From an uncultured Gemmatimonadales bacterium (GTDB taxonomy: Bacteria; Gemmatimonadota; Gemmatimonadetes; Longimicrobiales; RSA9), in the NCBI GenBank assembly GCA_963798085.1, contig CAWCRS010000003.1, positions 352,001 through 416,000 of the forward strand: 64,000 nucleotides of DNA, written 5' to 3'. Position numbers and translations under genes: made by a program. The notes under the pieces were generated by a model. That model saw only the letters and a program-made list of their open reading frames with translations. It was not told the origin of the DNA and ran no database searches. Below are positions 40,906-50,908 of the stretch, in pieces; within the stretch, counting starts at the first letter, position 1, and every line of letters begins with the position of its first letter.

Positions 40906-41354
40906 GATGGGGCTCCCGGCTCCGCGAATTCGACTTCATCGCCCACGTGAATCTCGCCCTCGACCAGCACTTCGGCGAACGCGCCGCCGCCCCATTCGGG
41001 ATAGAGCGTGGCGCGCAGGCCGGCCAGCGCTTCTTCCATGATGTTGCACGGTTTGGTCTCGCCCATGATGCGCAGGTGACACCTGCCAATGCGCAGGACC
41101 CGCCCGCGCGAGTCGCGCAGCGCGGCGCCGCTCACCATGAGGTTGGCGCGGCGTGTCGAAGGATCGAGCGTTGCGCCCAGCTGCGTCATGGCGAGTTCCC
41201 ACACTTCCTTCTCGATGAGCGTGACCTGGCGGCGCCCACCCTGGTCCGCATTGCCGCTGATGCCGCGATCCAGCACCAGCCTGGCGCCGTCGACCGGGTC
41301 CATCACGCCGCGATGTGCGCGCTTGATCCAGATGGCTTCGAGTCTTCCGGGCAT
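40902..41354 (-). CDS. MOSC domain protein
   Basis: RQVTLI, RRANLMVSG, ETKPCNIME, GEIHVGD; overlaps the M14 start. Confidence 0.88.
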   Translation of the reverse strand: MPGRLEAIWIKRAHRGVMDPVDGARLVLDRGISGNADQGGRRQVTLIEKEVWELAMTQLGATLDPSTRRANLMVSGAALRDSRGRVLRIGRCHLRIMGETKPCNIMEEALAGLRATLYPEWGGGAFAEVLVEGEIHVGDEVEFAEPGAPS

Positions 41355-41523
41355 CGTCGTTGCGGTTGCGGGTGTCCAGGGAGCGCGCCCATGCGGCACA
41401 ATGTGTGTGGGCGGTCGCCGCGCAGGCACTGACCCGGGGACCAGTGCCGCGCGCGGGCTTGCCCTGTGCTGCTGCGCACGCCAGACTGCGCGCTCACGCT
41501 CACCGGCAAGATAGCGACCCGCA

Positions 41524-42675
41524 ATGATACAGTCACCGCTCGCGCTCGCGGCACTCGTCACCGGCCTCACGGGGCTGGCGTTCTGGCTCGACCGGAACGT
41601 CCCCGTGCTGTCGCGTGCGGGCGCCGGCATGATCGCGGTTCTGCTGGGTGCGCTGCTCTCCAACGTGGGCCTCGTGCCCGCCGATTCCGTGGTGTACGAC
41701 GCCGTGAGCGGACCGGTCACGTCGCTGGCCATCACGTGGCTGCTGCTGGCCGTCAATCTCGCGGACCTGCGCAAGGCGGGCGGTCGTGTGCTGGGCGCAT
41801 TCGCCCTGGCCTGCTTCGCCACCTGCGTGGGCGCCCTGCTGGGCAGCCTCGTGCTGGCGCGCACCTTCGGCGCGGAGACGTGGAGGCTGAGTGCGACGCT
41901 GACAGCCACGTACACAGGCGGTGGCATCAATTTCGTGGCAGTGGGTCGAGGCGTCGGACTGCCTGATCAGCTGTTTGCCGGCGCCACTGCAGCAGACAAC
42001 GTCACGACTGCGCTCTGGCTGGCCGCCACGCTCATGATTCCGTTGTGGTTCAGTCGTTTCTTCCCCGCCCCGCCAGCGAATCTGATCAGCGGTTCACGGG
42101 AAGATGCGCCGGGCACGGAGGAGCATCCGTTCTTCGCGGCTGCGCCCATGTCCACGCTGGATATCGCGCTGCTCGTGGCGACCGCGTTTCTGCTGCTGGT
42201 GCTGGCGCAATGGACCGCAGCGCGTGTACCCGCCATTCCCATGGTGCTGTGGCTGACCACGTTCGCGCTGCTGGCCGGTCACCTGACGCCGCTCGGTCGC
42301 GTGCCGGGCGCTCTGCAGCTGGGCAATCTCGCGCTCGTCTACTTCTTTATTACCATCGGCATCCATTCCCGCATTGCCGATATTGTCGCCGTGGGCGTGG
42401 GCGTGTTCTGGTTTACGCTCATGGTTGTGGCGATACACGGTGTTATCACGTTCGGCATCGGCCGGCTGCTGCGCCTGGATGTGGCGTCGCTGGCCATTGC
42501 CTCGCAGGCCGCCGTGGGCGGCCCGTCCAGCGCGCTGGCCGTGGCCGTGTCGCGCGAATGGCCCGGCCTGGTGCTGCCCGCCGTCATAACTGGCCTGTTA
42601 GGGTATGCCTCGGGCAACTACCTCGGCTTCGCCATGGGCTGGCTCACCCGCCATCTCGGGATCGGCATTGCCTGA
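41524..42675 (+). CDS. DUF819 family membrane protein
   Basis: About 10 TMs; TYTGGGINF, AADNV, ASQAAVGGPSSA, LLGYASGNYLG. Confidence 0.85.
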   Translation: MIQSPLALAALVTGLTGLAFWLDRNVPVLSRAGAGMIAVLLGALLSNVGLVPADSVVYDAVSGPVTSLAITWLLLAVNLADLRKAGGRVLGAFALACFATCVGALLGSLVLARTFGAETWRLSATLTATYTGGGINFVAVGRGVGLPDQLFAGATAADNVTTALWLAATLMIPLWFSRFFPAPPANLISGSREDAPGTEEHPFFAAAPMSTLDIALLVATAFLLLVLAQWTAARVPAIPMVLWLTTFALLAGHLTPLGRVPGALQLGNLALVYFFITIGIHSRIADIVAVGVGVFWFTLMVVAIHGVITFGIGRLLRLDVASLAIASQAAVGGPSSALAVAVSREWPGLVLPAVITGLLGYASGNYLGFAMGWLTRHLGIGIA

Positions 42676-44285
42676 AGCGGAACAGCCCCCCGGCCCGGAC
42701 AACGGCGCAGACCACCGCCCTCGCTGGCGGCGCGTCCTTGTGCCGCTGCTCGACCTGGTCCTGCTGGGTCTGGCCGTCTGGATCTTCGACCGCATCCTCA
42801 CGCAGTACAACTACAGGGATGTCCTCACCGCACTGAGTCAGAATGCCCTGGGTGTACGCGCTGGCATCGCTCGCCCTAACCATCGCCGGCTATCTCGCCC
42901 TGGTTTCCTACGACTGGCTGGCACTGCGTTTCATCAGAAGGGCGCTGCCCATTCACCGCGTGCTCATCCCTTCCTTCATCAGCTACGCCGTGAGCAACAA
43001 TGCGCCCGCTTCCGTCGTCACCGGCGGAGGCGTGCGCTATCGTCTGTATTCAAGCCTGGGTCTGTCGGCCACCGAGATGGTGGCGGTGGCCGCGTTCGAC
43101 GTGGCCACCTACGTGGCGGGCCTGCTCACTGTGGCGGGCGTGGCCTTCGTGCTGGCGCCCGTGTCGCTGCCCGGGCACGCGCACCTGCACCTGGCCACGG
43201 TGCGCCCGCTGGGCGTGGTCTTCCTGCTGCTCATTCTAACAGCCGTGTTAACGGGCCGGCCGGGCGGGCGCGAGCTGCAGATCCGCCGCTGGACCATCCG
43301 CATACCCGGCCGCAGCATGCTGCTGCAGCAGGTCGTGATTTCGTCGTTCGACTGGATCCTGTCGTCGGCCGCGCTCTATGTGCTGCTGCGGGCCGCGGGA
43401 CCCGTACCCTATCTGCCCTTCCTGTCTGCGTTTCTGCTGGCGCAGATGATCACGCTGATCGCGCCGCTGCCCGGCGGTGTGGGCGTGTTCGAGGCGATCA
43501 TCCTGCTGCTGCACCCGGGGCACGCACCGGCGCCCGCAGTGCTGGGCGCGCTGCTCGTCTATCGCGTCGTCTACTATCTGCTGCCGCTGCTCGCCGCCGC
43601 GCTGCTGCTGGCCTTCGAGGAGCGCCGCATCCGCCAGGCCGGCGGCATCTCGCTCGTCGAACCGCTCGTGCGCGGCATCGTGGCGCTCGCGCCGCAGGCC
43701 CTGGCGGTCGTCACCTTCCTGGGCGGCATCACACTGCTCGCAACCGGCACGCTGCCCGCACGACCGGGACGCATGCAGTGGCTCGGCCGGCTCTTCCCGC
43801 TCGCCATCATCGAAGCATCACATTTCCTGGGCAGCATTGTCGGCACGGCGCTCATCATGGTGGCGTGGGGCCTTGCCCGGCGCGTGCGCTTCGCCTTCGA
43901 TCTGACCGTGCTGCTCATTCTCATGGGTGTGCCACTGGCGCTGCTGCGCGGCCTCGATTTCGTTGCCGCCGGTGTGCTCGTCGTGCTGCTGCTCGCACTG
44001 TGGCCCGCCCGCGGTGAATTCAATCGCCTGACGTCCCTGCGCGAGGAGCCGCTCGCGCTCGAGTGGGCACTCGCCTTCGCCGCCGCGCTCTTCGCCGGCG
44101 CCTGGCTGAGCCGTTTCGCGTACAGCAATGACGGCTACTCGGGCGATCTCTGGTGGCGCTTCGCCCTGCAGGGCAATGCATCGCGGGCACTGCGCGCGGC
44201 TGTGGGGGTCGCCATGACCGTGCTGGTCTTCGCCCTGGCCCGCCTGCTTCGCCCCGTGCGCCGCCACAAACGCGGCCCGGAGTGA
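42668..44285 (+). CDS. MprF-like flippase/TM region lacking the C-terminal aminoacyl-PG synthase domain; +1 frameshift near 42842
   Basis: YDWLAL, GGGVRYRLYS, PGGVGVFE, YRVVYYLLP, IIEASHFLGS, LWWRFAL; stop follows the last TM. Confidence 0.8.
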
Positions 44286-44399
44286 CGGACCCGGTTCCGG
44301 GCGCCGCTCCATCACGCGGCGTGGCTCGATCCATTTCGCGCAGCGGCCGCAGGCGGTGCGCCGCCGGTCGCCTGCGATCCGGGCGCTCCTAACCAGCCA

Positions 44400-44876
44400 T
44401 TACAGCGGCGGCACGGCCACGCGCTCGTGGTACGCCCGGCACAGCTGCACCAGGTGCGCAAGGATGCGGCCCAGCTCTTCCGGTGCCGGCGTCGCGCCGG
44501 CGCGGCGGTCGCGGTGGGCGACGACGCGGTCCGCGAAGTGCTCGGCCGGCTTCGCCACGCGGCGCAGCTCCGCAATGTCACGGCGCACCGTCCCGGCGTC
44601 GACGCCGGCAGCACGCGGGTTCGCGGCCACATCCTCCAGCAGCCCGGCCAGCGAGATGTTGCGCGAGCCGGGCTTCAGCTGCCGGCGAATGCCGATGGCG
44701 AGCGCGTGCGCGTACACTTCGCGCATGGTGCTCAGGAACTCGGGGTCGACCGCCGTGCCGCGGGCGGTGAGCGCCTGTTGCGCGGCCTCGAACACGCGCC
44801 GCCAGGACGACAGCCGCGCCAGGTCCTCGTCCAGCACACGCACCCAGCGACGCCACTTGTCGGACTTGCCGGACAG
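44400..44876 (-). CDS. Small HEPN (AbiU2-like) domain protein
   Basis: Helical ORF with AIGIRRQ, NISLAGLL and FADRVVAHRD; possible CTG start 6 nt after GGAGG (alternative GTG at 44843). Confidence 0.55.
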   Translation of the reverse strand: MSGKSDKWRRWVRVLDEDLARLSSWRRVFEAAQQALTARGTAVDPEFLSTMREVYAHALAIGIRRQLKPGSRNISLAGLLEDVAANPRAAGVDAGTVRRDIAELRRVAKPAEHFADRVVAHRDRRAGATPAPEELGRILAHLVQLCRAYHERVAVPPL

Positions 44877-45163
44877 CTTCGCCTCCCATCATTGCGGGTT
44901 CATCCGTCCCCGCCTGCGTTCCGCCCACTGCTGATTGCGCCTGCCACCGCCGCACCCCACTATCCTCGCCGCACTACGCAGACGCCAGCCCCCCGGAAAT
45001 CAGTCGTTCCCCATCAGGAGCCATCAATGCCAGCAACGCAGCAGCGCAGCTGCACCCCTCGCCAGGCTCGCGCCGGCGCGCGCCCGGCGCCACATGCGTG
45101 CGCACGTCGAACACTGTGTTCCATGAAGGACTCCCTGACCACCCTTCGACGCACCGATTACTG

Positions 45164-46483
45164 ATGGAAAACGAAAACCGGGTTACCGACGCGCGGCCCT
45201 GGCCGCTCTGGCAGCGCATCCTGTTCCGCTTCTTCTTCATTTACCTCCTGCTGCAGATCGAGCCGTGGGGCTGGTTCAACCGCATTCCCGGGGTGATCAA
45301 CGTCACGCGCTACTGGTACCGGCTGGACGACTGGGCGGTGCGCGCGGGCAACCGCTCTTTCTTCCATGTGCGCGAAACGCTCGTGCCCGTGAATGGCAGC
45401 GGCGACACCTCATGGGCATACGCACAGCTCTGCCTGTTTCTCTCGCTGGCGGCCATCGGCTGCATCCTCTGGAGCGTGCTGGACCGGCGCCGCATGCGCT
45501 ATGACCGCCTGGGCTACTGGCTGCGCACCATCGTGCGCTATTACATCGCGACGTTCGCGCTCAGCTACGGCATCATCAAGCTGTTTTCAATGCAGATGTC
45601 CTTCCCCACGCTGAGCCAGCTGTCCACGCCGCTGGGCGACCTGCTGCCCATGCGCTTCTCCTGGCTCTTCATCGGCTATTCCACGAAATACCAGTTCTTC
45701 TCCGGCATGGCGGAGACCGTCGCCGGCCTGCTGCTGCTCTTCCGCCGGACCGTCACGCTGGGCCTGTTCGCCGGCGCAGGCGCGTTCCTCAATGTCGTGA
45801 TGATAAACATGAGTTATGACGTGCCGGTGAAACTGTTCGCCAGCCATCTCCTGTTCGCGTGCGTATTCCTGCTGCTCTGGGACGCACCCCGCCTGTTCAA
45901 CTTCCTGGTGCTGAACCGGCCGTCGCCCGCCACATCGCTCTACACACCCCGCTTCACGCGACCCTGGCAGCAGTACGCGGCCTGGGCCGTCAAGGCGGTG
46001 CTGGTGTGGTTCATCCTGATCACGCCGTTCCGCAATGCGCGGCGCAACTACACGATGATCACGCACCAGCCGCCGGCACTGCCCTTCCGGACGGGCGTGT
46101 ACGACGTTCACCGCTTCGCCATCAACGGCGACACGCTCCCGCCTCTCATGACGGACGCGCGCCGCTGGCACGACGTGATCTTCGACAATGCCGGCGCCGG
46201 CAGCATCGGTACCGATGACACGCTGTTCTGGCACCGCTACGGCCGTGGCTACTTCCGCTACCGCGCGGACCAGAAGCAACAGACTGTTGCGGTCTGGAAG
46301 ACATCAACCAGGCTGGACAGCACGTGGCTGTTCACCATGCGCTACGAAACGCCCGACACCAGCACCATCCGTCTGTGGGTGCCGCTGCACGACGACTCCG
46401 TGTTCGTCGAGCTGGTGCGCACCGACCGGCATTTCCAGCTGGCTGAGCGCCAGTTCCACTGGCTTTCGGAGTACAACCGGTAG
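45164..46483 (+). CDS. DoxX-like membrane protein
   Basis: NGSGDTS, YGIIKLFSMQ, PLGDLLPMRFSWLFIGYS, NMSYDVPVK, RQFHWLSE. Confidence 0.78.
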   Translation: MENENRVTDARPWPLWQRILFRFFFIYLLLQIEPWGWFNRIPGVINVTRYWYRLDDWAVRAGNRSFFHVRETLVPVNGSGDTSWAYAQLCLFLSLAAIGCILWSVLDRRRMRYDRLGYWLRTIVRYYIATFALSYGIIKLFSMQMSFPTLSQLSTPLGDLLPMRFSWLFIGYSTKYQFFSGMAETVAGLLLLFRRTVTLGLFAGAGAFLNVVMINMSYDVPVKLFASHLLFACVFLLLWDAPRLFNFLVLNRPSPATSLYTPRFTRPWQQYAAWAVKAVLVWFILITPFRNARRNYTMITHQPPALPFRTGVYDVHRFAINGDTLPPLMTDARRWHDVIFDNAGAGSIGTDDTLFWHRYGRGYFRYRADQKQQTVAVWKTSTRLDSTWLFTMRYETPDTSTIRLWVPLHDDSVFVELVRTDRHFQLAERQFHWLSEYNR

Positions 46484-46616
46484 CGGGCGCGGTCACACGG
46501 TCCGGTGTTCTGACCGCCGCGTGCGGGCCGCTCGTCATGGCTCGAGAAGGATCGCGCCGCGACGGGCGTATCATGGCGTCCTCGATCGCCACAGTCCGAT
46601 CCCCCGGAGGAACGCC

Positions 46617-47060
46617 ATGACGGTCTGGAAATCTGCGCCCATCGGTGTGCTCCTGTTGCTGCTCGCGGCCTGCAACGACCGGGCGAGGGAGCCGGAGCCG
46701 CCCGCAGGTTCGTTCTCGACCGATTCCGCGTCGATCGCGGTGGACAGTCAGGACAGCGTCAAGGTCGCGGTTGCGTTGGTCACACCCGCTTTCTTCGAAG
46801 CCCTGAACACTCATCCGCTGCTTGGCCGGCTCTTCGTTGCCGGCGATTACCAGCAGAACAGCACGCGCCCGGTACTGCTCGCCTGGAGCCTGTGGCAGGC
46901 GCACTTTCATGCGCGGCCCACGATCATCGGCACAACTGTCACTGTGCGTGGCAGACCGGCGATGGTCGTCGGCATCATGCCGAAGGGCTTCGAACAGCCG
47001 GATCACACATCGCTCTGGCTGCCCGCGCGCGACTCCACGACCGTGCGCGGTTCGAGCTGA
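46617..47060 (+). CDS. Lipoprotein consisting of a stand-alone MacB/ADOP periplasmic core domain
   Basis: GGAGG RBS, lipobox LAAC, then VTPAFFEAL..PLLGRLF..VVGIMPKGF..LWLP, which aligns with the ADOP proteins in this window. Confidence 0.8.
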   Translation: MTVWKSAPIGVLLLLLAACNDRAREPEPPAGSFSTDSASIAVDSQDSVKVAVALVTPAFFEALNTHPLLGRLFVAGDYQQNSTRPVLLAWSLWQAHFHARPTIIGTTVTVRGRPAMVVGIMPKGFEQPDHTSLWLPARDSTTVRGSS

Positions 47061-47205
47061 CGGCGCCTGCGCGTCATGGCGCCTCCAGGGCGGAGCGCCA
47101 ACACGCCGTTGCGCGCCGGCCCGCGACCACGCAATCTGCAACCGGCGGGCGCATGTGCCCGTGTTGCTCCCGGCTGGTCCAGCCCTCTCGTGACGCCGCG
47201 CAGCC

Positions 47206-48057
47206 ATGTGCCGCTTCGTGTTCTACCGGGGAAAGCCGCTGCGGGTCAGCGCACTGCTGACCGAGCCCGCGCATTCCCTGATCCATCAGAGCTTCCATTC
47301 CGACGAGCGCGACGAGCCGCTCAACGGTGACGGCTTCGGCCTCGCCTGGTATGTCGATGGCGAGACGGAACCCGCGCTGTTCCGCTCGGTTTCGCCCGCA
47401 TGGAGCAACACGAATCTGCGCGAGCTGGCGCGCGTCACCAGCAGCGCGTGCATTCTGGCGCACGTGCGCGCCGCCAGCCGTCAGCTCGACGTCAGCGAAG
47501 CCAGCTGCCATCCGTTCAAGAGCGGCGCATGGACGTTCATGCACAACGGGGAGCTGGGCGGCTTCCCGCGGATTCGCCGCGCTCTGCTGGAGAGTCTGGG
47601 CGACGATGCTTTTCACGTCATTCGCGGAACCACGGATTCGGAGCACCTCTTCGCCGTCTTCATGGACGAGCTGCTGCGCCGGCCCGCACCCACCGCAGCC
47701 GACGCGGCGCTCGTGCTGGAAGCCGCGATCCGCCGCGTGTTCGCACTCATCGATCGCTACGCGCCAGGCGAGCCCAGCTACCTGAACCTGGTGATCAGCA
47801 ATGGCGACTGCGCCGTCGCCTGCCGTGTGACTACCGACTCGCCCGAGCAGGCCGATTCGCTCTACTTCAGCAAGGGCCGGCGCTACGTGTGTGAGGGCAA
47901 TGTCTGCCGCATGCTGACCGCGGATCAGCAGGGCAGCGCAGTCCTGATCAGCTCCGAGTGCCTGAGCGATGATGCCGCGTGGCACAGCATCGAAGTGGGT
48001 GACATGGTGCTCGTCGAATCCGACCTGAGCGTGGATCTGCGGGCGATCCGCGTGTGA
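47206..48057 (+). CDS. Class II glutamine amidotransferase (EgtC/YafJ/Dug3-like)
   Basis: N-terminal MCR, NGDGFGLAWY, PAWSNTNL, AHVRAAS, CHPF, FMHNG, GTTDSEH. Confidence 0.92.
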   Translation: MCRFVFYRGKPLRVSALLTEPAHSLIHQSFHSDERDEPLNGDGFGLAWYVDGETEPALFRSVSPAWSNTNLRELARVTSSACILAHVRAASRQLDVSEASCHPFKSGAWTFMHNGELGGFPRIRRALLESLGDDAFHVIRGTTDSEHLFAVFMDELLRRPAPTAADAALVLEAAIRRVFALIDRYAPGEPSYLNLVISNGDCAVACRVTTDSPEQADSLYFSKGRRYVCEGNVCRMLTADQQGSAVLISSECLSDDAAWHSIEVGDMVLVESDLSVDLRAIRV

Positions 48058-48146
48058 CCCACGGGCGGCGCGTGGCACCCCGCGGCCGGGCTGCGTACCT
48101 TGTGCATCCAGCCCCCGGCCTGGCTGACCTCGGCATTGGGAGAGTG

Positions 48147-49685
48147 ATGACTTCCGGGTTATCGGGAACGCACAGCCCCGCGGCGCGCATCGCGGCGACG
48201 GTCTTCGTTATTCTGTTCGCGCGCATATCGCCTGTGGCCGCACAGCGTGGCCAGGCTCGCGACTCGACTGTCGCACGCCTCGCGTACGCCAGCCTGAGCG
48301 AAATGCTGGCCGCACTGCCCGACATTGCGGCGCCAACCCTCGACGAAGCGAATGCGCTGTGGCTGGGCGCCTTGCCGCTCGCATGCCTGGACCGGTTGCA
48401 GCCGCGCGTCCCCAACCGCGGCGGCGGCGCTGGCCGCGCCAATGCCGACTCGGCGGCGGAGAATGCCGTGCGCGACACGGCCGCGCGTCGCACCGCAGCC
48501 CGCGGCGCGCAGGCCGGCGAGCGACGGGCCCGTGGCGCTGGCGCCCGCGGCGCCAACCCCGCCGACCCCGACACACTGCTCGCACGCGGGCGCAGCAACA
48601 ACGGCGCGGAGTACTTCTGGCTGCCCACCTATCATCTCGTGCCCGACTACAATCGCAATCGCGCCTTCTGGGGTTGCAGCGACTGGCATTCCGCGGTCAG
48701 CTCGACGTGGGTGGCGGTGAAGCTGCTGGAAGACTTTCCGCACCTCGGGCTCCAGGAGCTGGCACGGGAGAAGCTCAACGATCATCTCGGCAAGACGAAT
48801 CTGGCAGGCGAGATCGCGTTCTTCCGCGATGCCGCGGGCGCATTCGAACGGCCCTACGGCTACGCCTGGCTGCTGCGCCTGGCGGCCGAACTGCGCGCCT
48901 GGCCCGACTCGCAGGCCCAGCGCTGGTCGCAGAACATGACGCCCCTCGCCAGCTGGATGGCCGACAGCCTCGTCGCCGCGCTGCACGCACTGCCCCGGCC
49001 CGTGCGCACCGGCGGCCCGACAAACACTGCGTTAGGAATCACGCTGGCCCTCGCCTGGGCCTCGCCCGCTTCCGCCCTCCACGACAGCCTCGCCGTGCTG
49101 GCGCACCGCTTCTTCGATGCCGACACCGACTGCAGCACACAGTCGGAAGCGGCGGCCGCGCGCGGGCGAGGCGCACGCGGCGACAGCACGGCGGCCGGAC
49201 GAGGCCGCGGGCGGGCCGGCGGGCGAGCCGGTGGCGTCAACGACCTGTCGCGCGGCAACGGGCGAGGCACACGCGGCGGCGGCGCAGGCGGCGGCTTCAC
49301 GCCGGGCGGTGGCGCCGACATCGTGTCGCCCTGTCTCACGGAAGCCGCGCTCATGGCGGATGTCATGGAGCCGGCGCCGTTCGCTGCCTGGCTCGATGCC
49401 TTCCTGCCTCCACTGCAGTCGACGCGCTTCACGCCGCTCGTCGAGCTTCCGCCCGACAGCAGCAGCAGCGCCGATGCCGCGCGCTTTGCCGCACTCTCCT
49501 TCCAGCGCGCGCAGACCATGGCGAGAATCGCGCGCGCGCTGCCGGCGAGCGATGCGCGCGTGCCCGTGTTGCGCCGGCTGTCCGCAGTGCACGCAGACCG
49601 CGCGTTCACGCTGATGCGCGCAGACACGTCGGGCACGAACTGGGTGCCCGCGTTCGCGCTCCTGTATTTCACTTCGAGCAACTGA
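48147..49685 (+). CDS. DUF2891 family protein, paralog 1 (signal peptide, Arg/Gly-rich insertions)
   Basis: AFWGCSDWHSAV, FERPYGYAWLLRL, SPCLTEAALM. Confidence 0.8.
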   Translation: MTSGLSGTHSPAARIAATVFVILFARISPVAAQRGQARDSTVARLAYASLSEMLAALPDIAAPTLDEANALWLGALPLACLDRLQPRVPNRGGGAGRANADSAAENAVRDTAARRTAARGAQAGERRARGAGARGANPADPDTLLARGRSNNGAEYFWLPTYHLVPDYNRNRAFWGCSDWHSAVSSTWVAVKLLEDFPHLGLQELAREKLNDHLGKTNLAGEIAFFRDAAGAFERPYGYAWLLRLAAELRAWPDSQAQRWSQNMTPLASWMADSLVAALHALPRPVRTGGPTNTALGITLALAWASPASALHDSLAVLAHRFFDADTDCSTQSEAAAARGRGARGDSTAAGRGRGRAGGRAGGVNDLSRGNGRGTRGGGAGGGFTPGGGADIVSPCLTEAALMADVMEPAPFAAWLDAFLPPLQSTRFTPLVELPPDSSSSADAARFAALSFQRAQTMARIARALPASDARVPVLRRLSAVHADRAFTLMRADTSGTNWVPAFALLYFTSSN

Positions 49686-49689
49686 GGTC

Positions 49690-50898
49690 GTGATGCCCGG
49701 CGTGAAACCATCCTGGCGCAGCGCGCTGACCGCGCTGTTCATCGTTTGCGGCACGGCCGCGGCGCAGGCGCCACGCTCGCGCGCGGATTCGGCAAAAGCG
49801 GCGAGGCCGGAGTATCCGGATCTGCAGTCGTTCTTCGCATCGCTGCCGTCGGTGCCACCGCATCCGCTCGACCTGCCGACCGCGCTATCCCTGGCCGCCA
49901 TGCCGCTTTCCTGCATGGACCATCCGCACGCGAAACCCAACACCGTGCCCTACCTCTGGGACGTGACCTGGACACCGCTGCCTGACTTCGACACGAAGCG
50001 CGCGTTCTACGGCTGCAGCGACTGGCACTCCGCGGTCAATTCGGCATGGACGCTGGTCAAGCTGATGAAGCTGCAACCCGCGCTGCCCACCGCAGCAGTG
50101 ATCCGCGAGAAACTGAACGAGCATTTCGGTACGTCCAGCATGGCGGGTGAGCTGGAGTATTTCCGCAGCGCGGGCACCTTCGAGCTGCCCTATGGCTACG
50201 CCTGGCTCCTGCGGCTGCAGGGTGAGCTGCGCTCGTGGAAGGACTCCGATGCGCAACGCTGGGCCGCGGCCATACAACCGCTCGCAACCTTCATGGCGGG
50301 CCGCATGACCGCGTACCTCGCCAGGCTCGACCAGCCGGTGCGTACCGGTGTGCACCCTAACACGGCGATGGCCATCGACAACATGCTCGAGTATGCCACG
50401 GCCTTTGACCCGACACTGCTGGCTGCCATACGCGAGGCCGTGCCCCGACTGTTCGGCAACGACGTCCATTGCAACACCGCGGAGGAGCCCGGCAGCAGCG
50501 ACTTCATGTCGCCCTGCCTGATGGAAGCCTCCATCATGAGCCGGTTCCTTCCCCGCGCCGCGTTCCTCGCCTGGCTCGACAATTTCCTGCCGGCGCTCCA
50601 ATCGCTCGAGTTCCGGCCGCTGACAGAACCGTTAGGCCCCGAGTACATCGACAATCCCTCCGCCATCGCGGCACGCTCGCACATCATTGCGCTCGCGTTC
50701 GCGCGCGCCAAGTCGATGGGCGAGCTGGCCAACGCGCTGCCGCCCGGCGACCCGCGCATCGAGGTGCTGCGCCGCATTGCCGCGATCCAGGCGGCCAAGG
50801 GCTTTCAGGTGATCGGCGCCGTCGGCTATGACGGCTCCCACTACTACGCCACCTACGCCACCATGTACCTGCTCACTACGCTTTCCGGCGATCATTGA
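49690..50898 (+). CDS. DUF2891 family protein, paralog 2 (signal peptide)
   Basis: AFYGCSDWHSAV, PYGYAWLLRL, RTGVHPNTA, EPGSSDFMSPCL, YDGSHY. Confidence 0.85.
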   Translation: MMPGVKPSWRSALTALFIVCGTAAAQAPRSRADSAKAARPEYPDLQSFFASLPSVPPHPLDLPTALSLAAMPLSCMDHPHAKPNTVPYLWDVTWTPLPDFDTKRAFYGCSDWHSAVNSAWTLVKLMKLQPALPTAAVIREKLNEHFGTSSMAGELEYFRSAGTFELPYGYAWLLRLQGELRSWKDSDAQRWAAAIQPLATFMAGRMTAYLARLDQPVRTGVHPNTAMAIDNMLEYATAFDPTLLAAIREAVPRLFGNDVHCNTAEEPGSSDFMSPCLMEASIMSRFLPRAAFLAWLDNFLPALQSLEFRPLTEPLGPEYIDNPSAIAARSHIIALAFARAKSMGELANALPPGDPRIEVLRRIAAIQAAKGFQVIGAVGYDGSHYYATYATMYLLTTLSGDH

Positions 50899-50908
50899 AG
50901 GCGGAGCA

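Noticed and set aside
44889..44903. TGA read-through at the start of the HEPN-like ORF (ATG AAC CCG CAA TGA)
   Set aside because: A GGAGG RBS lies downstream of the TGA before a CTG start; there is no SECIS-like evidence and all other genes use TGA as stop.
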